Shown one piece after another: positions 1 to 6,430 of a DNA stretch of 32,000 nucleotides. The translations under genes and the position numbers were made by a program. Source of the stretch: Gemmata obscuriglobus (lineage in GTDB: Bacteria; Planctomycetota; Planctomycetia; Gemmatales; Gemmataceae); assembly GCF_008065095.1 (NCBI RefSeq), contig NZ_CP042911.1, forward strand, positions 8,130,001 through 8,162,000, read 5' to 3'. The notes under the pieces were generated by a model. That model saw only the letters and a program-made list of their open reading frames with translations, was not told the origin of the DNA and ran no database searches. Within the stretch, counting starts at the first letter, position 1. Each line of letters starts with the position of its first letter.

Positions 1-135
1 CCAATCTCTTCTATGGCTTTGTCTTCCCAACGTCTCTTGCGCCCACCCCTCTTCTTGTGTTCTTCTTGAACGCCCCAGGTCCGCGAGCGAAGTACACTGT
101 GAGTAGAACGCACTTACTTCCTTCGGGGCAATCTC

Positions 136-1593
136 ATGTCTCGCCCTTTGGTCCCGGCTGACGCGGAACTGCTCGGGCGGCTCCTCGCGTTTGACATCGA
201 CGGCGGCGCGGTCGCGCTACCGTTTGCCGCCCGACTCGCCCGCGAGCACGGTTGGTCACGCTCCTATGCCGAGCGCGTCATCGAAGAGTACAAGCGGTAC
301 GTCTTTCTGGCCGCCACAACCGGCTTCAAAGTGTGCCCGTCCGAGGACGTTGACGCCGCGTGGCACCTGCACCTCACGTACACCAAGTCTTACTGGCAAA
401 GGCTCTGCGGCGAGTTGATCGGCCGCCCGCTGCACCACGAGCCCACGACGGGCGGACCGGCAGAGGGCGATAAGCACCTGGCGATGTACACCGCCACACT
501 CGACGCTTACGAGCGGGCGTTCGGGCGCACCCCGCCGGCGGACGTGTGGCCCGGCGCGGACGCGCGGTTCGGCGACGACACCCGGCACCGCGTCGTCAAC
601 ACCGCCCGGAACTGGGTCATCCCGAAGGCCCCCATCAAGCGGGCCGCAGGCCTGGCTGCAGGGTTCGCGCTGGTCGCGGTCCTGCTGCCGGGGTGCGACG
701 ACTCGTTCAACCCGTTCGCGCTAAAACGCGCCGACATTCTCTTCCCCCTCGTGCTGGCGCTCGTCGCAGCCGTGTGCGGCGGGCGGGTGATCCGGTCGGT
801 GCTGCGCACCCCGAACGCGACGCCCGGGGACGACGCCGTTGTGCTGAACTGGGCGCAGACCGCGTACCTCGGCGGCGGGACGGAGCGGCTGACGACCGCG
901 GCGCTCGCGCGGGTCGTCGGCCGCGGGCTGGCGGAAGTCGCTCCGGACGGCAAGACCCTCTGCGCGGTCGGCCCGGCGCCGGAGGACGCGAGCGCGGTGG
1001 AGCGCGCGGTCCTCGGTTCGCTGCCGGTGTCGAACGAGGTGACCGCCCTGAAGCCGGTGGAACTGGCCGTGGGGGCCGCGTTCGCTCAGGAAGCCGAGCG
1101 GCTCGCGCGCGACGGCGTCACCCTCCCGGTGGCGCGAAAGGTTCGCATCGCGCTGGCCTCGCTGCTCCCGTTCGCGCTGGTCTATTTGTGCCTCGTGCTC
1201 CCGCAGTTCGTTTTCGCGGCGTGGGCCGGCCGACCGACTTTTTACCTCCTGATCACGTCGGTTGTGGGCGGGGTGGCCGGACTGGCCGTCCTGCTGTCCG
1301 GCTCGCTCCGCCTCACCAACCGCGGCCGGGCAGTGCTTGCGACGCAGAAGGAGCGCCACGAAGCGCTGAAGGCCGCGGCGCGGTGGGAGAGCACTGGCGA
1401 CGCGGGGATGGCGGTGGCGCTGTTCGGAACGGCCGTGCTGGCGGGCACCGCGGTCGCGCCGCTCCAGGCGTGGTACCCGCGGCAAACCGGTGAGGCGTCG
1501 CCGAGCGGGTGCAGTTCCGGGTGCGGATCGGGATGTGGCGGGGGCGACGGCGGCGGTGGATGCGGCGGCGGGTGCGGCGGGGGCGGCGACTGA
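136..1593 (+). CDS. Multi-pass membrane protein with a GRDP-like (DUF1399-type) N-terminal domain, a TIGR04222-like body and a Cys/Gly-rich C-terminal tail
   Basis: 485-aa ORF with an ATG start. The N-terminal motif DVDAAWHLHLTYTKSYWQRLC fits the DxxWHxHxL signature of glycine-rich-domain-protein-like domains. There are several hydrophobic helices (AAGLAAGFALVAVLLPG, ILFPLVLALVAAVCGG, LASLLPFALVYLCLVLPQFVF, FYLLITSVVGGVAGLAVLL). The C-terminus is GCSSGCGSGCGGGDGGGGCGGGCGGGGD, as I recall being described for TIGR04222 membrane proteins. Family names are from memory of motifs, not a search. Confidence 0.8.
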   Translation: MSRPLVPADAELLGRLLAFDIDGGAVALPFAARLAREHGWSRSYAERVIEEYKRYVFLAATTGFKVCPSEDVDAAWHLHLTYTKSYWQRLCGELIGRPLHHEPTTGGPAEGDKHLAMYTATLDAYERAFGRTPPADVWPGADARFGDDTRHRVVNTARNWVIPKAPIKRAAGLAAGFALVAVLLPGCDDSFNPFALKRADILFPLVLALVAAVCGGRVIRSVLRTPNATPGDDAVVLNWAQTAYLGGGTERLTTAALARVVGRGLAEVAPDGKTLCAVGPAPEDASAVERAVLGSLPVSNEVTALKPVELAVGAAFAQEAERLARDGVTLPVARKVRIALASLLPFALVYLCLVLPQFVFAAWAGRPTFYLLITSVVGGVAGLAVLLSGSLRLTNRGRAVLATQKERHEALKAAARWESTGDAGMAVALFGTAVLAGTAVAPLQAWYPRQTGEASPSGCSSGCGSGCGGGDGGGGCGGGCGGGGD

Positions 1594-1799
1594 CCGCCGG
1601 CGGCGCACGCAGCGCGTTACGGACACGCTCACAGTGCCTTCCACTTTACGCACGTTCGACGTGCCGACTTGAGACAACTGGGTCTCCCGTGACTACCCGG
1701 ACGGTTCTCGAACGGGTACGATAGCGCAGCAACTGAACCTCCGGCGGCGTGCGGCGGTCCTTCCGGTCGCCCTGCCTTGCGCTCCACGGACGCCCGCGA

Positions 1800-3542
1800 A
1801 TGGACCCGGTCATCGGTATCGACCTCGGTACCACCAACTCCGCCGCCGCGTTCCTCACCGACGACGGCCCCGAGATCATCCCCAACGCGATCGGCGGCCG
1901 TCTCACGCCCTCCGTCGTCGGCGTGGACGAGCGCGGCGCGGTGCTGGTCGGCGCCGCGGCCAAAGAGCTGCAAGTGCTGAAGCCGGACCGCTGCGCGAGC
2001 CTGTTCAAGCGGTACATGGGCACCGACCGCAAGCTCACCGCCGGCGGGCGCGAGTTCACCCCCGAAGAGCTGTCGAGCCTGGTGCTGCGGGCGCTCAAGG
2101 CCGACGCCGAAGCGTACTTCAAGCGCCCGGTGTCGCGCGCGGTCATCACCGTGCCGGCGTACTTCAACGACCGGCAGCGCAAGGCGACCATCGCGGCGGG
2201 CCGGATCGCCGGCTGGGCCGTCGAGCGCATCCTGAACGAGCCGACGGCCGCGGCCATCGCCTACGGGTTCCACGACGCGGGGGCCGACAAGAAGCTGCTC
2301 GTGTTCGACCTGGGCGGGGGAACGTTCGACGTGTCGGTGGTGGAGCTGTTCGAGGGCACCCTCGAGGTGAAAGCGTCCAGCGGCGAGAGCGCGCTGGGAG
2401 GCGAGGACTTCACCCGGGCGCTGGCGGCGCGGCTCCTGGCCGCGCAGGGCGTGTCCTACGAGCAGGCGGAGGCCCGCACCCCGAAGCGCGTGTCGCGGCT
2501 GATCCAGCAGTGCGAGCGGGCGAAGTGCGCCCTCAGCCGCGAGGAAACCGTTACCGTTCGGGTGCCCGACGAGCACGGGGAGTTCGGCGCCGGGTGCGCG
2601 GAGGTGCCGGTCACGCGGGCGCAGCTCGACGCGTGGGTGTCGCCGACGCTGGCGCGGGCCGAGTTGCCCGTCCGGCGCGTGCTGGGCGACGCCCGGCTGA
2701 CCCGCGACCAGATCGACGAGGTCATCCTGGTCGGCGGCGCGACCCGGATGCCGCTGGTGGTGAGCCGCGTCACCGAGCTGCTCGGGAAGGAGCCGCGCCG
2801 GCGCCTCAACCCGGACGAGGTGGTCGCGCTCGGGGCGGCGGTCCAGGCCGGGCTGGTCGGCCGCGCCGCCGCGGTCGAGGAGCTGGTGGTCACCGACGTG
2901 GCCCCGTTCACCCTCGGCGTCGAGGTGAGCAAGGACCTCGGCCCGGAGAGCCGCAGCGGGTACTTCGACCCGGTGATCGACCGCAACACGACGATCCCGG
3001 TGAGCCGCGTGAAGCGGTACTCGACCGTACACCCCAATCAGACGGCGATCAGCGTGCGCGTGTACCAAGGGGAGTCGCGCCGCACCGACGACAACCTGCT
3101 GCTCGGGGAGTTCGAGGTGCGGGGCGTCCCGCCCGGCCCGGCGCACCAGCCGGTGGACATCCGGTTCACCTACGACCTGAACGGCGTGCTCGAGGTCGAG
3201 GCCACGGTGGTCGCCACCAAGAAGACGACCTCGCACGTGATCGCGCGGCACGCCCAGGGCATGACGGAGGCGCAGGTGCGGGCCGCCGTGGCCGCGATGG
3301 CCAAGCTCAAAACGCACCCGCGCGACGAGGAGGTGAACCGGTTCGTGCTGCTCCGCGCCGAGCGCGCGTTCAAGGAGCTGCCGGCCGAGCTGCGGGACGC
3401 CCTGGGCCTGCTCCTCGACGGGTTCGAGGCCGCGCTCGGGAGGCAGGACCCGGCCGTCATCGCCCAGCACCGCGAAGAGCTGGAACGGTTCCTCGCGCTG
3501 TACGACCCGCAGACCGATGGGCCGAACGGAGACGCCCCATGA
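1800..3542 (+). CDS. Hsp70 family chaperone, HscC-like (non-housekeeping paralog, 580 aa)
   Basis: The ATG at 1800 gives MDPVIGIDLGTTNSAAAF. Canonical nucleotide-binding-domain motifs are present: IDLGTTNS, ITVPAYFNDRQRKAT, NEPTAAAIAYG, DLGGGTFDVS, LVGGATRMP. The substrate-binding beta domain (VTDVAPFTLGVEV) is followed by a short atypical C-terminus without the DnaK lid/EEVD-type tail. The longer ORF from the GTG at 1749 adds a non-conserved leader. Confidence 0.92.
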   Translation: MDPVIGIDLGTTNSAAAFLTDDGPEIIPNAIGGRLTPSVVGVDERGAVLVGAAAKELQVLKPDRCASLFKRYMGTDRKLTAGGREFTPEELSSLVLRALKADAEAYFKRPVSRAVITVPAYFNDRQRKATIAAGRIAGWAVERILNEPTAAAIAYGFHDAGADKKLLVFDLGGGTFDVSVVELFEGTLEVKASSGESALGGEDFTRALAARLLAAQGVSYEQAEARTPKRVSRLIQQCERAKCALSREETVTVRVPDEHGEFGAGCAEVPVTRAQLDAWVSPTLARAELPVRRVLGDARLTRDQIDEVILVGGATRMPLVVSRVTELLGKEPRRRLNPDEVVALGAAVQAGLVGRAAAVEELVVTDVAPFTLGVEVSKDLGPESRSGYFDPVIDRNTTIPVSRVKRYSTVHPNQTAISVRVYQGESRRTDDNLLLGEFEVRGVPPGPAHQPVDIRFTYDLNGVLEVEATVVATKKTTSHVIARHAQGMTEAQVRAAVAAMAKLKTHPRDEEVNRFVLLRAERAFKELPAELRDALGLLLDGFEAALGRQDPAVIAQHREELERFLALYDPQTDGPNGDAP

Positions 3543-4852
3543 CCGCCGACCCCCGCGCCCGGTGGGCCGAGCAGTTCGGAATCCCCGCCGACGCGCCCCC
3601 GGACGAGGCGGCGGCGGCGTTTCTGCGCAGCCTGCCGGCGGACCTGGTGCCCGCGCCCGTGCAGGCACTGGCGGCCGGTGAACTCGCCGGTGCCGAACTC
3701 CCGACCGGGCTGGAGGACGGGCGCGAGACGGCGCTCGATGCGGAGGTGGAAGCGTTCGCGGGGCGGTTCTGGTCGTTGCCCCCCGCCGAGCGGCTCTTGG
3801 AGTGGGACCGCCTCTCGCACCGCGGCGCGAACCCGGTGCGGCTGCGCGAACTCGAACCGGGGCTGGACGCGGCCTCCGCCGCGCTCGGCGACCCCGTTGC
3901 GGAGGAACTGGCCGAACAGTTCCGCACGCTGTTCGTGCTGCCGCCGCGGGCGCGGGCGATCCAGCGGGCGCAGTGGCTCCTCGCCCGCGCCGACGACATT
4001 GACCGGTGGCGGTCGGCGCTGCCGGTGGTGCAGCGCGACGCGCCGGCCCTGGTCGCGCTCGAGCCCCGGCTGCGGACCGCCCTCGACCCGGCGTTCGGCC
4101 CCGCCGCGCTGGCCGCCGGCGCCCGCGCGCCCACGGTCCGGGCGGGAGGGCCGGCTGGTTTTCACCCGCACGCGCACCAGTTCGGCGCGCACGAGCCGGC
4201 CGCGTCGCACGGAAGCCGCGGGGCGAACTGGCGGCAGGTCGCCAGCCCTGCTATCGGGATCGGCGTCATCCTGCTGCTCAAAGCCCTGCTCACCGGACCC
4301 ACGGACGGCAAACGGCCGAGCGACGGCCCCTGGGTGCCGAACAGCTCGGTTCGAATGCCAACGTTTGAGAAGCCCCAGCGCCCGCTGTTTACCGTCGCCG
4401 AAGTGGCCGAGTTTCGCAGGTACGAACAGAGCCGTGGGTTCAAAGGGAACGACGCGCCGCCGCGTGACTATGCGGCCTGGATCGCCGCCGGCAAGCCGGA
4501 GCCGCTGCCGCCGATTGCCGACACCGGGCCGAAGCGTTCCGATGCGAAATTCACGGCGGAGGAGGTCGCCGCGTGCCAGTTATACGAGAGCGAGCACGCG
4601 CGTGACCGCTCCGCCGTCCGCCCGCCCATCTACGAAAGGTGGCTGAGCGCCGGCCGGCCGGAGGCGACCGACGGGCGCGAGCCCGGGCCGAACGAGGTCC
4701 GCGTGTACTTGGACGCGTTCCTGATCGCCGCATGTCAGCGGCACGAGCGCGTGAGCACCGCTCCCCCCTTTCGGTACGGCGACTGGGTCCGCGCCGGCCG
4801 GCCGACGAAACCAGGGTCCTACATCATCCCGCAGCAAACAACTTCACCGTAG
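3539..4852 (+). CDS. Hypothetical single-pass membrane protein with three C-terminal ~35-38-aa repeats
   Basis: The ATG at 3539 overlaps the Hsp70 stop (ATGA at 3539-3542). The product is 437 aa with one hydrophobic helix, VASPAIGIGVILLLKALLTG (about nt 4238-4294). Three related repeats are present: FTVAEVAEFRRYEQ...PPRDYAAWIAAGKPE, FTAEEVAACQLYES...RPPIYERWLSAGRPE and YLDAFLIAACQRHE...PPFRYGDWVRAGRPTK. High GC3. I recognise no family. Confidence 0.75.
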   Translation: MTADPRARWAEQFGIPADAPPDEAAAAFLRSLPADLVPAPVQALAAGELAGAELPTGLEDGRETALDAEVEAFAGRFWSLPPAERLLEWDRLSHRGANPVRLRELEPGLDAASAALGDPVAEELAEQFRTLFVLPPRARAIQRAQWLLARADDIDRWRSALPVVQRDAPALVALEPRLRTALDPAFGPAALAAGARAPTVRAGGPAGFHPHAHQFGAHEPAASHGSRGANWRQVASPAIGIGVILLLKALLTGPTDGKRPSDGPWVPNSSVRMPTFEKPQRPLFTVAEVAEFRRYEQSRGFKGNDAPPRDYAAWIAAGKPEPLPPIADTGPKRSDAKFTAEEVAACQLYESEHARDRSAVRPPIYERWLSAGRPEATDGREPGPNEVRVYLDAFLIAACQRHERVSTAPPFRYGDWVRAGRPTKPGSYIIPQQTTSP

Positions 4853-4861
4853 CCCGCCCCG

Positions 4862-6238
4862 ATGGACGCACCGCCGCTGCCCGACGACCCGCGCGACTGG
4901 CCCGCCGACCCGTTCGCCCTGCTCGGGGTGCCGCGGTCGGTGAGCGAGGCCGACCTCAAGCGCGCGTACACGCGGCTGATCCGCAAGTACAAACCGGACC
5001 ACGCGCCGGACGAGTTCCGCCGCATCCGCGAGGCCTACGAGGCGGCGATCGAAATGAGCCGCTGGTACCGGGACGCGCCGCCGCACGCCCCGGACGTGCC
5101 CCCACCGTTCCCGGCCGCCACGTTTTCGGCACCCGAGGGGGGCGCGTCTCCGGAACCGGTGCCCGGAACCCCGCGGCCGTTCGTCGATCCGGTCGCCGCG
5201 GCGTGGGCCGACGCCGGGCGGGGCGCTTTTGCGGACGCCTACGCGGCGCTGGCCGCCGTCGAGCGCGAGGGGGGCGACCGTCCCGACGTGCCGCTCCGAC
5301 TGTACTGGCTGCTCGCGCTGCGGCCCGCGCTCGACGCCGACCGCACCCGACACGATTGGCTGGCGCTGGCGCTGACGCGCGCCGGGCTGGGCGGCCCGGC
5401 GGTCGAACTGTACCGGCGCGAACTCGCGGCGGCCCCCGAGGCCCTCTACGGCCCGTACACGGCGCTGCTGGACCACCCGGAGGCACCGGGGGCCGCTCTC
5501 CTCGCCCTTGCGTCCCTCCGGCTGGACGCCGCCGCGGCGCACGAGTGCTGGCTGAAGATCGAACTCGACCTCGACGCGCTCGCCCGCCGGGTGCGCGAGC
5601 TGGACGAGGTGCTATGGTTGAACCACCTCGCGAACGTGATCGGCCGCATCGCGTGCCGGCAGCCGTCTGTCGCGCTGCAATGCACGCCCCACCTGGGCAA
5701 CCTCAAGCACCTCGAGCTGCGCCACCCGGAGGCGTTCGACCGGATCGACCGCGACTGGACGTTAGCCGAGCTGTGGAACCGCTCGCTGCTGGTTCCGGAG
5801 CCGATCCGGCGGGCGGTGGCGTTCGGCTGGGGGCCGGGCCGGCGCGGGGCGCTGCGGGCGGTCTCAGAGTGGGCGCGGGCGGCGCCGGCCGAGGCGCTGC
5901 GGAAGTGCGACCGGGTGAACGGCCCGCAAGCGGCTTTACTGGCCGCGTTCGCGCGGATGCTTGAGGCCCACCGGGACGAAGCGGGGCCGTGGGACGAGTT
6001 CCCGCCCGAACTGGTGCGGGGGCTGGTGCGGGCGCGGCTCGCGCCCGCGCTGCGGGTCCTGTACGCACAGGCCCGCCCCGAGGTGCTCCAGTTCCTGCTC
6101 GCCGAGCGCATCGATCCGAACGAGCTGGTCGCGGCGTGTGCGGTCGACGGCGAGCCGCTGGTCCGGACGTTCGCGGCGCGCGTGCGCGAGGACGGCGCGC
6201 TGGCCCTGGTGTACCGGGCCGCAACCGCCTTCGGGTGA
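4862..6238 (+). CDS. J-domain (DnaJ-like) protein with a KPD variant of the HPD motif and an uncharacterised ~390-aa C-terminal region
   Basis: ATG start 9 nt after the previous stop. The N-terminus DPFALLGVPRSVSEADLKRAYTRLIRKYKPDHAPDEFRRIREAYEAAIE aligns with J-domain helices I-III. The KPD codons aaa ccg gac are at 4991-4999. Confidence 0.85.
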   Translation: MDAPPLPDDPRDWPADPFALLGVPRSVSEADLKRAYTRLIRKYKPDHAPDEFRRIREAYEAAIEMSRWYRDAPPHAPDVPPPFPAATFSAPEGGASPEPVPGTPRPFVDPVAAAWADAGRGAFADAYAALAAVEREGGDRPDVPLRLYWLLALRPALDADRTRHDWLALALTRAGLGGPAVELYRRELAAAPEALYGPYTALLDHPEAPGAALLALASLRLDAAAAHECWLKIELDLDALARRVRELDEVLWLNHLANVIGRIACRQPSVALQCTPHLGNLKHLELRHPEAFDRIDRDWTLAELWNRSLLVPEPIRRAVAFGWGPGRRGALRAVSEWARAAPAEALRKCDRVNGPQAALLAAFARMLEAHRDEAGPWDEFPPELVRGLVRARLAPALRVLYAQARPEVLQFLLAERIDPNELVAACAVDGEPLVRTFAARVREDGALALVYRAATAFG

Positions 6239-6313
6239 GCGGCGGGGCGGGCCCGGTTTAGCGCTCGCCACTCGCCCCGAAAAGGGCTTGTTTGTCGGCA
6301 TTTCTGGTTTCGG

Positions 6314-6411
6314 TGTGGCCCGCTCGCTCCGCGAGCGGTGCTCTGCCCGTCAGACCGGCCGTGGCGCATCATCGGCGGCTTTGCAACCGCTCGCGGAGCG
6401 AGCGGGCCACA
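6314..6411. repeat. 26-bp perfect inverted repeat (arms 6314-6339 and 6386-6411) with a 46-nt spacer, between convergent genes; REP-like element or bidirectional terminator
   Basis: tgtggcccgctcgctccgcgagcggt is the exact reverse complement of accgctcgcggagcgagcgggccaca. Each arm also contains its own small palindrome (ccgctcgc tcc gcgagcgg). Confidence 0.7.
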
Positions 6412-6430
6412 ACGAAGATGGGGGCGGTTC

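Noticed and set aside
1-113. Possible 5' end of a minus-strand gene running off the left edge. It has a GTG at 113 preceded by GGAAG and encodes VRSTHSVLRSRTWGVQEEHKKRGGRKRRWEDKAIEEI...
   Set aside because: Only 37 codons are visible, there is no recognisable motif, and codon usage (low GC3) differs from the rest of the window. It might be a mobile or foreign gene, but it cannot be supported from this fragment.
1629-3668. Very long antisense or overlapping ORFs throughout the window. Examples are 1629-3668 (-), 546-1493 (+), 721-1677 (-), 6662-8554 (+), 11354-12667 (+), 17940-19277 (-), 22294-23685 (+), and the 5' two thirds of 19305-21677 (+).
   Set aside because: Their products are Arg/Gly/Pro/Ala-rich low-complexity strings with no recognisable motifs. 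They lie opposite to, or out of frame with, genes that have clear family signatures. Open frames of this kind are expected by chance in very GC-rich DNA because stop codons are AT-rich.
4335-4350. ggttcgaatgcc, resembling a tRNA T-loop.
   Set aside because: It lies inside a well-supported CDS, and no acceptor or anticodon stem complementarity is evident around it.
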